From the NCBI GenBank assembly GCA_013824115.1, contig PNNG01000027.1, positions 20,425 to 84,424 of the forward strand: 64,000 nt of DNA, in the 5' to 3' direction. Positions 45,995 to 56,679 of this stretch are shown piece after piece. How positions within the stretch are numbered: position 1 is the first letter of the stretch; every line of letters starts with the position of its first letter. The notes under the pieces were generated by a model. It made no database searches. It was not told where the DNA came from and was given only the letters and a program-made list of their open reading frames with translations. The DNA is from Sphingobacteriaceae bacterium (lineage in GTDB: Bacteria; Bacteroidota; Bacteroidia; UBA7662). The position numbers and the translations under genes are program-made.

Positions 45995-47464
45995 ACTGCA
46001 AGTTTACACCGAAGATTGTCAACTTGGCTGACCCTGTTTGCCTTGCTTTTTATTTTGGCACCCGCTGTTCAAGCCTTGGACGCACAATTTCGCCATGCGG
46101 TTTTTTATCAGCCAGGCAAAAATCCCTATGTGGAAACCTATTTGGCGGTGAATAGCCGCTCGGTACATTTTGTGAAATTTGGTCCCAATAAATTGCAAGG
46201 AGCCATCCAAATCACCATCAGTTTCGAAAAGAACGACAGCATTGTACTTTACGATAAGTATGTGTTGAAGAGCCCGGAAATTGATACCAACGGCAATCTT
46301 GATTTTAGCTTCATCGATTTACAGCGTTTTAGCTTAACGCCAGGCACCTATTATATGGAATTGCTCATTCGCGATCAATACGATACCACAAATACGGCCA
46401 AAGCGTCGGGGAACATTGTACTCAAGGCATTAGGACAACAAGTAGAATTTTCAGACGTGCTTTTGGCAAGGGGAATTCAAAAAAGCACCCTAGCGGGAAA
46501 ACTTACCAAAAGTGGATTAGACATCATTCCCCGGCCGTCTTTTTTTTACAATACAGGTCAAGATACCCTCTGGTATTATGCTGAGTTGTACGGCACTAAA
46601 CATTTGGCCGATTCGGTTTTTATAGTGAGGGCCATGCTTCAATATGGCAACGAACAAGTGGTTGATAAGTGCAGCAAATTCTATCGGTTTTCGCGCAAAG
46701 AGGTGAATATAATCGCCGATGCCTTTTTGATCGACGAAGTGCCCAGCGGAAACTACACCCTGAAATTGGAATTGATGGATGCTTCGGGCAAAGTGCTATC
46801 AACTAAAAAGCAAGAAATCCAACGTTTGAATAGTAGGATTGCTTTTGATGAACAAAAAATGCGGGCATTGAAAACTACCATGTCGTTTGTGGAAGGTATG
46901 TCGGAAGCCCAATTGCGCGATCACATTGCTTCTATGAGGCCTATTTCTGAGATTTTTGAACGGGAGTATGCCGATAATTTGCTGAAGCAAAAGGCAGTGG
47001 ATATAGAACTACTCAAAAAATACATGCTTAGTTTTTGGGAGCGCCGCGACAAGGTGAATCCCGACAAAGCTTGGGCTGCCTATTACGCTCGTGTGCGCGA
47101 AACCATTGAGCTCTTCAGTTCGAAAATCATGCGGGGCTACGAAACGGAGCGGGGAAGGGTGTATTTGCAATATGGGCAGCCCAATAGCCGTACTCAGGTT
47201 ACAAATGAACCCAGCGCCTATCCTTACGAAATTTGGTGGTATTATGAATACAAAGGACAAAGAAACATCCGCTTTGTGTTCTACAACCCTGACATGATTA
47301 CCAACGACTACCAACTATTGCATTCTGAAGCTTTGGGCGAGCCCTATGATCCGCAATGGCGCTTGATTTTGTTCAGTCGGACCACGGCCTTCCGCGACGT
47401 AGACGAACAAATGAACAGGGGGCATTTTGGTAGCTACCTAGAAGAGAATTTCAGAAATCAATGA
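45986..47464 (+). CDS. GWxTD-domain protein with signal peptide
   Basis: C-terminal RGYETERGRVYLQYGQPN...PYEIWWYYEY matches the GWxTD-domain pattern found in Bacteroidota. Confidence 0.45.
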   Translation: MNHTASLHRRLSTWLTLFALLFILAPAVQALDAQFRHAVFYQPGKNPYVETYLAVNSRSVHFVKFGPNKLQGAIQITISFEKNDSIVLYDKYVLKSPEIDTNGNLDFSFIDLQRFSLTPGTYYMELLIRDQYDTTNTAKASGNIVLKALGQQVEFSDVLLARGIQKSTLAGKLTKSGLDIIPRPSFFYNTGQDTLWYYAELYGTKHLADSVFIVRAMLQYGNEQVVDKCSKFYRFSRKEVNIIADAFLIDEVPSGNYTLKLELMDASGKVLSTKKQEIQRLNSRIAFDEQKMRALKTTMSFVEGMSEAQLRDHIASMRPISEIFEREYADNLLKQKAVDIELLKKYMLSFWERRDKVNPDKAWAAYYARVRETIELFSSKIMRGYETERGRVYLQYGQPNSRTQVTNEPSAYPYEIWWYYEYKGQRNIRFVFYNPDMITNDYQLLHSEALGEPYDPQWRLILFSRTTAFRDVDEQMNRGHFGSYLEENFRNQ

Positions 47465-48357
47465 TGCGAAGCCTGGCATATTCGCTTTTATGGCTGGTAT
47501 TTAGGGGACTGAGCATGTTGCCCATGCGGGTATTGTATGTCCTCAGCGATATCATTGCTTTTGGGTTACATCGGATTTTTAAGTACCGCAGAAGCACGGT
47601 TCAGTTCAATTTACGCAACGCTTTTCCCCAAAATGAGGCTACGTGGTTACTTCAAGTGGAAAATGAATTTTATCAGTGGTTTTGCGACCAGTTGGTAGAA
47701 ACAGTGAAAACCCTCGATTTAAGCGGCAAAGAACTGATGCATAGGGTAGAAATTGAAAATCCCGAACTATTGCATGTCTTGCACGAGAAATCGAAACACA
47801 TCATTTTTGTAGGGGCTCATCATGGTAATTGGGAGTGGCTTCACAAGTCACTCACCTTGCATTTACGCCATTTGCACTTGATCATCTATAAGCCATTGAA
47901 TAATGCCTCCATCGATGCTATTGTAAAGCAAATGCGTGAAAAGTTTGGTGCCATGGCTGTGCCCATGAAGCAGATTTTTAAAGTGATGGAGGCCCAAAAG
48001 CAAACCCTTACCTGTACGTACGTGCTAGGCGACCAGTCACCCACCTCGCACAACAAATTTTTATGGTTGCCTTTCATGAACCAACCAACGGCCATTTATA
48101 CCGGTGCCGAGGAGTTGGCCCGTAAATACGATGCAGCGGTGGTTTATGGCAGTATGTATCGCAAATCGAGGGGTTTTTATGGGGTACGCTTGAGTTTGGT
48201 AGCCGAGTCGCCCGAGCATTTTGAAAAAGGGCAAATCACCCAGCTGCACGCCTCCATGTTTGAAAATCAACTCAAAAACCAACCCGCATTTTGGCTTTGG
48301 TCGCACCGCCGATGGAAACTCAATCCCCAAGATCATCCTGCCTATGAATTCGTTTGA
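47461..48357 (+). CDS. Lipid A biosynthesis (LpxL/HtrB-family) lauroyl/myristoyl acyltransferase
   Basis: N-terminal TM anchor. LPLAT family; 298 aa, the typical LpxL size. No explicit HX4D motif verified. Confidence 0.7.
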   Translation: MMRSLAYSLLWLVFRGLSMLPMRVLYVLSDIIAFGLHRIFKYRRSTVQFNLRNAFPQNEATWLLQVENEFYQWFCDQLVETVKTLDLSGKELMHRVEIENPELLHVLHEKSKHIIFVGAHHGNWEWLHKSLTLHLRHLHLIIYKPLNNASIDAIVKQMREKFGAMAVPMKQIFKVMEAQKQTLTCTYVLGDQSPTSHNKFLWLPFMNQPTAIYTGAEELARKYDAAVVYGSMYRKSRGFYGVRLSLVAESPEHFEKGQITQLHASMFENQLKNQPAFWLWSHRRWKLNPQDHPAYEFV

Positions 48358-49408
48358 TTTGCCCAAGGTAGCCGTTGCAATCCTGAATTGGAATGGCAAA
48401 CACCACTTGGCTACCTACCTGCCTTCGGTACTTCAAACAGCCTATAGCCACTGCCAAATTTGGGTGATTGACAATGGCTCTACCGACGATTCGGTGAGCT
48501 GGTTGAAGGAAACCTATGGTGATCAAATTGAACTGGTGCGCTTGCCACATAATTTGGGCTACGCAGGTGGCTACAATGCGGGCTTGAACCAAATAGAGGC
48601 CGACATTTATGTGTTACTCAATTCGGATGTAGAGGTGAGCCCAAATTGGCTCGATGATCCTGTCCAGCGGTTTTTAGAAAATGAGCGCTTGGGGGCATTG
48701 CAGCCCACTATCCGTTCGTGGAAAGAAAAAACGGCGTATGAATATGCCGGTGCTGCAGGTGGCTACATCGATTCGATGGGTTATCCTTTTTGTGCAGGCC
48801 GCCTTTTTGAGCAAGTGGAGGAAGACCGCAACCAATATGCTTACCGAAAAACAATATTTTGGGCTTCGGGTGCTTGTATGTTCGTGCGCGCCAAAGCCTA
48901 TTGGGAGGCAGGGGGCTTAGATGACCGCTATTTTGCCCATATGGAAGAAATAGACCTTTGCTGGCGCATGCAACACCTCGATTATGAGCTGATTCATGAA
49001 CCGGCTTCGGTAGTGTATCATTTGGGTGGGGGCTCCTTGGCCTATGGCAATCCGCGCAAGACCTTTTTGAATTTCCGCAACAGCCTCATTACCCTGCAAA
49101 AAAACTTGCCACTGCCGCAAATGGTAGTGCGCGTTTTCTTGCGCCTGCTACTCGATTTTCCTGCTGCACTCAAATTTGCAGCGCATGGATCGTGGGGCGA
49201 TTTTTGGGCGGTAGGTAGGGCACACTGGTCTTTTTTTGGCATGCAAGGCTACATTTGGAAAAAGCGTGCAGAAATCAAGCACAAAAAGCATCCTGCCAAA
49301 TTATCAGGCATGTTTCAAGGCAGTGCGCTGTATGCACACTTCTTTGGCCGCAAAGCCAAACTTGAAGCCTTTATTGCGGCTCGCCGAGTAAATGCAACAG
49401 ACCGCTGA
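48344..49408 (+). CDS. Family 2 glycosyltransferase
   Basis: VAVAILNWNGKHHL...IWVIDNGSTDDS...DSDVEV (DxD) is a GT-A fold. Start at Met 48344, which overlaps the upstream gene end. Confidence 0.8.
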   Translation: MNSFDLPKVAVAILNWNGKHHLATYLPSVLQTAYSHCQIWVIDNGSTDDSVSWLKETYGDQIELVRLPHNLGYAGGYNAGLNQIEADIYVLLNSDVEVSPNWLDDPVQRFLENERLGALQPTIRSWKEKTAYEYAGAAGGYIDSMGYPFCAGRLFEQVEEDRNQYAYRKTIFWASGACMFVRAKAYWEAGGLDDRYFAHMEEIDLCWRMQHLDYELIHEPASVVYHLGGGSLAYGNPRKTFLNFRNSLITLQKNLPLPQMVVRVFLRLLLDFPAALKFAAHGSWGDFWAVGRAHWSFFGMQGYIWKKRAEIKHKKHPAKLSGMFQGSALYAHFFGRKAKLEAFIAARRVNATDR

Positions 49409-49805
49409 GGGCCAACCGGTACGATGCTAATCCAAATCCACTCACCACTGCTTTGCAATAGGGCGAGAGGTACGATTGTCGTCGAAACGCTTCGCGGCTG
49501 TTCGGATTGCTGATGTGCACTTCAATCACGGGAGCAGGCACAGCAGCCACTGCATCAGCCAACGCTACCGAAGTGTGTGTATAACCTCCAGCATTGAGTA
49601 AAATTCCATCCATGTGAAAACCTGCTGATTGAATTTTATCAATCAGCTCCCCTTCGTGATTACTTTGAAAATAATTGAGTTGGTGATGCGGAAATGCCAA
49701 ACGCAATTCCTCCAAATAGTTGTCGAATGAACGGCTGCCATAAATCTCCGGCTCGCGCTTGCCGAGCAAGTTTAAATTGGGGCCATTGATAATTAGAAGC
49801 TGCAT
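49371..49805 (-). CDS. aroQ: Type II 3-dehydroquinate dehydratase
   Basis: MQLLIINGPNLNLLGKREPEIYG... and HISNP motifs. Confidence 0.9.
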   Translation of the reverse strand: MQLLIINGPNLNLLGKREPEIYGSRSFDNYLEELRLAFPHHQLNYFQSNHEGELIDKIQSAGFHMDGILLNAGGYTHTSVALADAVAAVPAPVIEVHISNPNSREAFRRQSYLSPYCKAVVSGFGLASYRLALSGLLHLLGEPQ

Positions 49806-49846
49806 GCGTTTGATTTCCGTCCGAAATTAGAGAAATTGGCGGCACG

Positions 49847-50752
49847 ATGAATGCCAACTGGCAACAATACCTCAAAAGTTTCGAAGCTTACCTGCGGCTG
49901 GAACGCTCGCACCCGGCCAATACCATCAAGGCCTACCTCAATGATTTGCATAAACTGGCCAATTACGCCAGCACCGAGCAACCACCACTGAGTGCTACCC
50001 AGATGCAATTGACTGATTTGCAGGGATTTTTGGCTTTCTTGAACGATTTGGGACTCGAAAGCAGCAGTCAGGCCCGCGTTCTCTCTGGCATCAAAGCCTT
50101 TTACCGCTTTCTCATGCTCGAAGGCATGGTGCTCGAAAGTCCGGCCGAGCTGCTCGAAATGCCGCGCAGTCGCCGCAAACTGCCCGAGGTCTTGCACATA
50201 GAAGAAATCAATCAAATGATTGCCAACATCGACCTGAGCAAACCCGAAGGCCATCGGAACAAAGCCATTTTGGAAACGCTTTACAGTTGCGGATTGCGCG
50301 TGAGCGAGTTGATAGAGCTGCGGCTGAGCAATTTGTTTTTCGATATTGGTTTTATCCGTGTGCTTGGTAAGGGCAACAAAGAACGTTTAGTGCCTATTGG
50401 TGAGACAGCCATAGCCTCCATACGCTGGTACGTAGAAGGGCAGCGACGACAACTGAACATCGTTAAGGGCGCAGAAGATGTCGTTTTTTTGAGCCGAAAC
50501 GGCAAACCGCTTACCCGCATGTTGGTGTTTTTGTTGGTGAAGCAACAAGCAATGCTGGCTGGCGTGCAAAAAACGGTGAGTCCGCATACCTTCCGGCATG
50601 CCTTTGCCACCCATATGGTAGAAGCAGGTGCCGATTTAAGGGCTGTACAAGAAATGCTCGGACACGAAAGTATTACTACCACCGAAATTTATACCCATCT
50701 CAGCCGTGAATACCTACGAGATGTGGTGAGGCAATTTCACCCAAGACGCTAG
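49847..50752 (+). CDS. xerD: Site-specific tyrosine recombinase XerD
   Basis: N-terminal SAM-like domain (YLRLERSHPANTIKAY). C-terminal catalytic R...HxxR...Y, with the LGH.S..TT.IYTH box. Confidence 0.9.
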   Translation: MNANWQQYLKSFEAYLRLERSHPANTIKAYLNDLHKLANYASTEQPPLSATQMQLTDLQGFLAFLNDLGLESSSQARVLSGIKAFYRFLMLEGMVLESPAELLEMPRSRRKLPEVLHIEEINQMIANIDLSKPEGHRNKAILETLYSCGLRVSELIELRLSNLFFDIGFIRVLGKGNKERLVPIGETAIASIRWYVEGQRRQLNIVKGAEDVVFLSRNGKPLTRMLVFLLVKQQAMLAGVQKTVSPHTFRHAFATHMVEAGADLRAVQEMLGHESITTTEIYTHLSREYLRDVVRQFHPRR

Positions 50753-52371
50753 CTGCGCGGATTTTTCTTTACTCGCTTTAAATCGAGCACATTCATGGCG
50801 TTGGTGCTCAAACCGCTTATTCCTGGCTTTATCAAGCGCAATACCTGATCGTAATAGAGCACTATGTATGGCGCTTCTTCCACCAATAAAGCATTCTGTT
50901 GCTGGTAAATGGCGGCACGTTTGGTCACATTTGGCTCTTGCATAGCTTGCCGGTACCATTGGTCGAAGCGGTCATTTTTGAACCTGGTGTAGTTAGGCCC
51001 GTTGGGCGTTTCGTTGGGACCATAAGCCAGGGCAAGGTAGTTTTCGGCATCGGGGTAATCGGCAATCCAACTGGCGCGGAACATGGTCGCTTCCCCTTTA
51101 CCAATAAGTTGGCGCAGGGTAGGGCCGGGACTGGTGTTGATGCTCAATTCCACGCCCAATTGCTGCCATTGCCGTTGAATGAAGATGCACAAATCGAGAT
51201 AAGCTGGATTGGTTTCGAGCTGCAATTTCAGAGGTTTATCGCCATAACCAGCCTCTTTGAGCAGCTGACGGGCCTTTTCGGGCTGATAGCTGTAGTGCCC
51301 CAGCAAAGTGCTATCGAAGCCTGGCAAGCCGGGTGGAATGAGTCCAGCTGTACCCGGAATACCAATGTTGTTGCGCAGGTAGCGAATCATTTGCACCCGG
51401 TCAAAACCGTAGTTGAGTGCCTGGCGTACTCGTTTATCGGCCAAGGCCGGGTGTTGTGCTTTCTGCTGGGGGTCGAGCAGGATGCCCAGGTATTCGGTAT
51501 TGAGGTAGGCTGATTTCTGTAGAGCGATTTTCCCATCGTATTTGGCCTGCAGGCTACCGTCTTTTTTTAAAACGTCGTCTTTAAAAGCCGGATCGACGCC
51601 CGAAATGAAATCGAGCTTGTTTTGCAAAAAAGCCAAGAAGGCACTTTGTTTATCGGGCAGAAAGTGCACCATCACCGCATCGAGGTAGGGCAGGCGTTGG
51701 GTGCCATCGAACTCGAAATAGGCGGGATTTTTATGCAGCGACAAGGCCTCGTTCTCGTACCAAAACGCCAGCTGAAATGGTCCCGTTCCTACCGGATTTT
51801 CGCGGAAGGCACTGCCATAAAAACGCACCGCTTCTTCAGCTACCACACTGCAATAGCCCATGGTGAGAAGCTCGGGAAGTGGTGGGAAGGGGGCGTTCAA
51901 ACGGATTTCGAAAACCGAGTCATTAAGGGCATAAAAGCCATCGCCTGCCAACTTGCCATTGAAAATCCAAGCTCCGGGCGAAGCCGTCTCCGGGTCTATT
52001 AAGCGATTAAAAGAATATACAAAGTCACTTGCAGTAACTTTTCTGCTTTTGGATTCCTTAAAGCATTTGTTGGTGTGAAATAAAACATCTTGCCGTAACC
52101 AAAAGCGGTAGGTGGTTCCTGCTTCATCCACTTCCCAACGCTGGGCAATGGCGGGCTGGAGGCGCAGATTCGAATCGAGTTGCAGCAGACCGTTGTAGAG
52201 CATGTTCACGGCCCAGCCGGTGGCCTGGTCGCGGGCGAAGGCCGGGTCGAGCGAGGAGATGCCGCTTTCCTGGTTGTAGTGGAAAACCCGCTTGTTATCT
52301 GCTGTTTTATTTTGACCGCAGCCTGCCGCCAGCAAGATGGTGGATAAAATGAAGGACGTCAACTTTTTCAT
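50749..52371 (-). CDS. ABC transporter substrate-binding lipoprotein, family 5 (peptide/nickel-binding, DppA/OppA-like)
   Basis: Lipoprotein signal (LLAAGCGQ). 540 aa, typical of the SBP_bac_5 fold. Confidence 0.8.
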   Translation of the reverse strand: MKKLTSFILSTILLAAGCGQNKTADNKRVFHYNQESGISSLDPAFARDQATGWAVNMLYNGLLQLDSNLRLQPAIAQRWEVDEAGTTYRFWLRQDVLFHTNKCFKESKSRKVTASDFVYSFNRLIDPETASPGAWIFNGKLAGDGFYALNDSVFEIRLNAPFPPLPELLTMGYCSVVAEEAVRFYGSAFRENPVGTGPFQLAFWYENEALSLHKNPAYFEFDGTQRLPYLDAVMVHFLPDKQSAFLAFLQNKLDFISGVDPAFKDDVLKKDGSLQAKYDGKIALQKSAYLNTEYLGILLDPQQKAQHPALADKRVRQALNYGFDRVQMIRYLRNNIGIPGTAGLIPPGLPGFDSTLLGHYSYQPEKARQLLKEAGYGDKPLKLQLETNPAYLDLCIFIQRQWQQLGVELSINTSPGPTLRQLIGKGEATMFRASWIADYPDAENYLALAYGPNETPNGPNYTRFKNDRFDQWYRQAMQEPNVTKRAAIYQQQNALLVEEAPYIVLYYDQVLRLIKPGISGLSTNAMNVLDLKRVKKNPRS

Positions 52372-52463
52372 TCCTGCTGAGGGTATTATCTTAGAGGCTC
52401 GATTTTGCGTTCCAAAAATACGCGAAACGGTTTCTAATAGAAGTAAAATCAGTGGGAGTTCGG

Positions 52464-53267
52464 ATGAGTAAGGTCATAGCCATAGCCAATCAGAAGGGTG
52501 GAGTAGGTAAAACTACCACCGCCATCAATCTTGCCAGCAGCCTGGCTGTTTTGGAATTTAAAACATTGTTGATCGATGCCGATCCGCAAGCCAACGCCAC
52601 TTCGGGCATTGGATATGACCCCAAAGCCATCAAAACCGGCATCTACGAATGCATGGTGAACGATGTGCCTGTGCAGCACAATGTGTTGCAAACCGAAGTG
52701 CCTTTCCTCGATTTGCTGCCGGCCACCATCGATTTGGTGGGTGCCGAAATTGAAATGATTAACCGTCCGAACCGCGAACGCATTCTCAAAGATGTGATTG
52801 AGCCGGTGCGTGATCAGTACGATTTTATCATCATCGATTGCAGTCCTTCACTCGGCCTTATCACCGTGAATGCCCTCAATGCGGCCGATTCGGTAATTGT
52901 GCCCGTGCAGTGTGAATATTTCGCGCTCGAAGGTTTGGGCAAGCTGTTGAATACCATCAAAATTGTGCAAACACGCTTCAACCAAAACCTCAAAATCGAA
53001 GGCATTCTGCTTACCATGTACGATGGCCGCTTGCGTTTGGCCAATCAGGTGGTGGAAGATGTGCGGCAGAATTTGGGCGAACTCACTTTCGATACCATCA
53101 TCCACCGCAATACCAAACTCAGTGAAGCCCCCAGCTTTGGCATGTCGGCCATCATGCACGACGCTAGCAGCAAGGGTGCCACCAATTATCTCAACCTGGC
53201 GCGCGAAATTTTGCAGAAGAACAACCTTACCCGCATTCCTGCCGAAGACCGTACGATCAACTCCTGA
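52464..53267 (+). CDS. parA: Chromosome partitioning ATPase ParA (Soj)
   Basis: Deviant Walker A: [22 protein letters not shown]. Confidence 0.95.
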   Translation: MSKVIAIANQKGGVGKTTTAINLASSLAVLEFKTLLIDADPQANATSGIGYDPKAIKTGIYECMVNDVPVQHNVLQTEVPFLDLLPATIDLVGAEIEMINRPNRERILKDVIEPVRDQYDFIIIDCSPSLGLITVNALNAADSVIVPVQCEYFALEGLGKLLNTIKIVQTRFNQNLKIEGILLTMYDGRLRLANQVVEDVRQNLGELTFDTIIHRNTKLSEAPSFGMSAIMHDASSKGATNYLNLAREILQKNNLTRIPAEDRTINS

Positions 53268-53269
53268 AC

Positions 53270-54148
53270 ATGAACACTACGAAAAGAAATGCCCTCGGAC
53301 GGGGCCTCGGCGCCCTTTTGTCGGCCGACGAAGCAGCAGCCGTAGTAGCCCAGGCTACCACCAACTGGATGATTCCGGTAAACCAAATCGAGGCCAATCC
53401 CTATCAGCCACGTACCGACTTTGAAGAAGTTGCCCTGCGTGAATTGGCAGATTCTATCAAAATACACGGCATCATCCAGCCGCTGACCGTTCGTAAACTC
53501 ACCGAAGGCCAGTATCAATTGGTGTCGGGTGAGCGTCGTTTGCGGGCATCGAAAATGGTGGGTCTCACAGAGGTACCTGCCTACATACTCGAAGCCAATC
53601 AGCAGGGCATGCTCGAAATGGCGTTGATTGAGAACATCCAGCGTCAAGACCTGAATGCCATTGAAGTGGCCATCAGCTTCAAGCGCTTGCAGGATGAATG
53701 CCAAATCAAGCAAGAAGAATTGGGCGAAAGGGTAGGAAAAGACCGTGCTACGGTGGCTAATTACCTGCGACTGCTCAAACTTCCACCCGAAATTCAGTTG
53801 GGTATTCGTAACGGCAGTCTGGGCATGGGCCATGCCCGCGCCATCTTGGGCTTGCAAAAAACCGAACAACAGCTTTTTGTGTTCCGCAAGGCCCTAGCCG
53901 AAGGTTTGAGCGTTCGCAAAGTGGAAGCTTTGGTGCGCGAAATGAACGAAGAGGGTGGTGCTACAGCTCCCAAAGGCAAGAAGGAAACAGACGACAATGG
54001 CGCTTACAAGAGCGTGCAAGACAATCTGGCAAGGCGACTCGAAGCACGGGTAGAAATCAAGGCCAATGCCAAAGGGAAAGGCGAAATTGTGATTCCTTTT
54101 GCCAATACCGACGATTTGAACCGCTTGCTCGATTTGCTGGAAGGATGA
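53270..54148 (+). CDS. parB: Chromosome partitioning protein ParB (Spo0J)
   Basis: ParB box GERRLRAS and an HTH domain. Lies 2 bp downstream of parA. Confidence 0.95.
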   Translation: MNTTKRNALGRGLGALLSADEAAAVVAQATTNWMIPVNQIEANPYQPRTDFEEVALRELADSIKIHGIIQPLTVRKLTEGQYQLVSGERRLRASKMVGLTEVPAYILEANQQGMLEMALIENIQRQDLNAIEVAISFKRLQDECQIKQEELGERVGKDRATVANYLRLLKLPPEIQLGIRNGSLGMGHARAILGLQKTEQQLFVFRKALAEGLSVRKVEALVREMNEEGGATAPKGKKETDDNGAYKSVQDNLARRLEARVEIKANAKGKGEIVIPFANTDDLNRLLDLLEG

Positions 54149-54750
54149 GACGCTGCTCGGCCATTTGCGCAATCATGGCTGTAAGCTTGTTGTTTGCTTG
54201 GTCTTCGGTGGAGGCCCAGCAAAGCGATTCTACTTCCATTCCGCTGGTTGTTTCGGCCGGCGATAGCAATGTGGTGATGGTTCCCGAATCGGAACACTCG
54301 GTCAAAAAAGCAGTGCGCTATTCGGCCATGCTGCCGGGCTTAGGGCAAGCCTATAACCGCAAATACTGGAAAATACCGCTTATTTACGGCCTCGGTGGCT
54401 TTACAGTATATACAGCCATCAGTAACAGCAAAGAGTATATCCGTTACCGCAATGCCTACCGCTTGCGTGTTGATGGCGATGCCAGTACAGTGGATGAATT
54501 TGCGGGACAGCTGAACAATGCTGTACTTCGACAGAACCGCGATTTATTCCGACAACAACGTGATTTGTACTGGATTTTGACAGCTGGCGTATATGCCCTC
54601 AACTTGGTTGATGCTGCTGTGGATGCTCACTTGTTCGATTTTAATGTGAGCGACAATCTGAGCATGCATCTTTTTCAGCCGCCTGCTATTGTATGGGCAC
54701 AATCACCGGGCTTCCAAATACCATTGGCCCGTTTATCCTTCAAACTATGA
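54145..54750 (+). CDS. DUF5683-like membrane/periplasmic protein conserved downstream of parB in Bacteroidota
   Basis: Signal peptide; SAMLPGLGQAYNRKYWKIPLIYGLGGF motif. Conserved position between parB and dapB. Confidence 0.5.
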   Translation: MRRCSAICAIMAVSLLFAWSSVEAQQSDSTSIPLVVSAGDSNVVMVPESEHSVKKAVRYSAMLPGLGQAYNRKYWKIPLIYGLGGFTVYTAISNSKEYIRYRNAYRLRVDGDASTVDEFAGQLNNAVLRQNRDLFRQQRDLYWILTAGVYALNLVDAAVDAHLFDFNVSDNLSMHLFQPPAIVWAQSPGFQIPLARLSFKL

Positions 54751-55460
54751 AAATTGTACTTTTTGGTCACGGAAAAATGGGGCAACTCATTGAAAAAATA
54801 GCTTTAGAAGCTGGTGATGAGGTGGTATTGGTAGTGGATGAACATAACCGCAAAAATTTGACTTCAGCCGATTTGCAACAAGCCGATGTGGCCATAGAGT
54901 TTACCACGCCCGAATCGGCCCCTGCCAACATTCGCCTTTGTGCTGACGCGGGTGTTCCAGTGGTGGTGGGTACCACAGGCTGGTATGCGCATTTTGAGGA
55001 AATCAGTGCCTATGTAGAAAAAAAGGGGAGCGCATTACTACCTGCCACGAATTTCAGTCTTGGGGTCAACCTCTTTTTCGCCATGACCGAAAAGCTGGGA
55101 GCCCTCATGCAGCCTCATACCCAATATCGGGCGCGCATTGAAGAAACGCACCATGTGCACAAAAAAGATGCACCCAGCGGAACTGCTATTACCGCCGCCG
55201 AGCGCTTGCTCAGTGGGTGGAAGCATGCTACAAATTGGTCGCTCAATGGCGAAAATCCAAATGCATTACCCGTATTGGCCCACCGCATAGATGAAGTCCC
55301 TGGCACGCACGAAGTGATTTTTAATAACGCTATCGACGAAATTCGGCTTACCCACACTGCCTTTAACCGCGAAGGATTTGCATCGGGTGCCCTCTTTGCT
55401 GCCCAATGGCTGGTGGGTAAAAAAGGAGTGTTTTCGATGCGGGATGTGCTTGGTGTATAG
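54747..55460 (+). CDS. dapB: 4-hydroxy-tetrahydrodipicolinate reductase
   Basis: MKIVLFGHGKMGQ Rossmann start; start overlaps the upstream stop (ATGA). 237 aa. Confidence 0.9.
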   Translation: MKIVLFGHGKMGQLIEKIALEAGDEVVLVVDEHNRKNLTSADLQQADVAIEFTTPESAPANIRLCADAGVPVVVGTTGWYAHFEEISAYVEKKGSALLPATNFSLGVNLFFAMTEKLGALMQPHTQYRARIEETHHVHKKDAPSGTAITAAERLLSGWKHATNWSLNGENPNALPVLAHRIDEVPGTHEVIFNNAIDEIRLTHTAFNREGFASGALFAAQWLVGKKGVFSMRDVLGV

Positions 55461-55501
55461 GTATAAGTTGTTGAAATTCTAATGCATATAGGATGATTTG
55501 T

Positions 55502-55528
55502 AAATTTAGGAATCAGATTCCTAGATTT
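55502..55528. terminator. Imperfect palindrome between convergent dapB and ruvB; candidate bidirectional terminator
   Basis: AAATTTAGGAATC-A-GATTCCTAGATTT. Confidence 0.35.
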
Positions 55529-55553
55529 ACACAATTCCAAAATCCAAGCGCTT

Positions 55554-56582
55554 CTACTCAAATAAAGTCCCCACACTGCCCGGAAACTTCTTATTCAGGT
55601 GCTTGTAGGCTGCTTCGGTCACCTCGCGACCACGGGGTGTGCGCTTTAAATAACCTTCTTGAATCAAAAAGGGCTCATACACCTCTTCTATGGTGCCGGC
55701 ATCTTCGCCAACCGCAGTGGCTATGGTGGTTAAACCTACCGGACCACCCTTGAATTTGTCGATGATGGTGCTCAAAATGCGGTTGTCCATTTCATCTAAA
55801 CCATGTTGGTCAACATGCAAAGCTTCCAACGCAATTTTGGCAATTTCTACCGTGATAATGCCTTTCCCTTTTACCTGTGCAAAGTCACGCGTTCGGCGGA
55901 GCAGGGCATTGGCAATACGTGGAGTACCGCGCGAACGGCGGGCAATTTCAAAGGCACCTGGTTCTTCAATGGGTACTTTCAAAATTTCAGCCGAACGCAT
56001 TACAATGGTAGTGAGCAATTTAGCGTCGTAATATTCAAGTCGTGCATTAATACCGAAACGAGCGCGTAAAGGAGCTGTGAGCAGGCCCGATCGTGTGGTG
56101 GCGCCAACAAGCGTGAACGGATTGATGGCAATTTGTACCGAACGGGCATTAGGACCGCTGTCGATCATGATATCGATTTTGTAGTCCTCCATGGCCGAGT
56201 AGAGGTATTCTTCTACCACCGGGCTCAAACGGTGAATTTCGTCGATAAAAAGCACGTCACCAGTCTCTAAGCCTGTAAGCAATCCCGCCAAATCGCCTGG
56301 TTTTTCCATAACAGGACCACTGGTAATTTTAATTCCTGCGCTCATTTCGTTGGCAATGATATGCGCCAGGGTAGTCTTCCCCAAGCCGGGTGGACCATGC
56401 AGCAACACATGGTCGAGCGATTCTTCGCGCATGCGGGCAGCCTGTACAAATACCAAGAGGTTGTCGAGCACCTTGCGCTGACCCGTAAAGTCGTCAAAGG
56501 TTCGGGGTCTCAGGAATTTTTCTATGTCGCGGTCGGCACCGTCGAGATTCTCCTCGCTGCCATCGAAAGGGTGATTGCGCAT
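55554..56582 (-). CDS. ruvB: Holliday junction branch-migration ATPase RuvB
   Basis: AAA+ Walker [14 protein letters not shown]; Walker [10 protein letters not shown]; C-terminal winged-helix domain. Confidence 0.95.
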   Translation of the reverse strand: MRNHPFDGSEENLDGADRDIEKFLRPRTFDDFTGQRKVLDNLLVFVQAARMREESLDHVLLHGPPGLGKTTLAHIIANEMSAGIKITSGPVMEKPGDLAGLLTGLETGDVLFIDEIHRLSPVVEEYLYSAMEDYKIDIMIDSGPNARSVQIAINPFTLVGATTRSGLLTAPLRARFGINARLEYYDAKLLTTIVMRSAEILKVPIEEPGAFEIARRSRGTPRIANALLRRTRDFAQVKGKGIITVEIAKIALEALHVDQHGLDEMDNRILSTIIDKFKGGPVGLTTIATAVGEDAGTIEEVYEPFLIQEGYLKRTPRGREVTEAAYKHLNKKFPGSVGTLFE

Positions 56583-56679
56583 GCGTCAAATTTAGAGCAA
56601 AGCAAGCGTCTTTGGAAGTTCAGCCAATCAATTTGAAAAGAAATGGCCTGTGAAAAAATGATTAAACTTCGATTTTCGA

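Noticed and set aside
49847-50752. XerD as the integrase of the AT-rich island
   Set aside because: It lies 22 kb away, has the canonical chromosomal XerD N- and C-terminal motifs, and sits in a housekeeping context (aroQ, parAB, dapB, ruvB)
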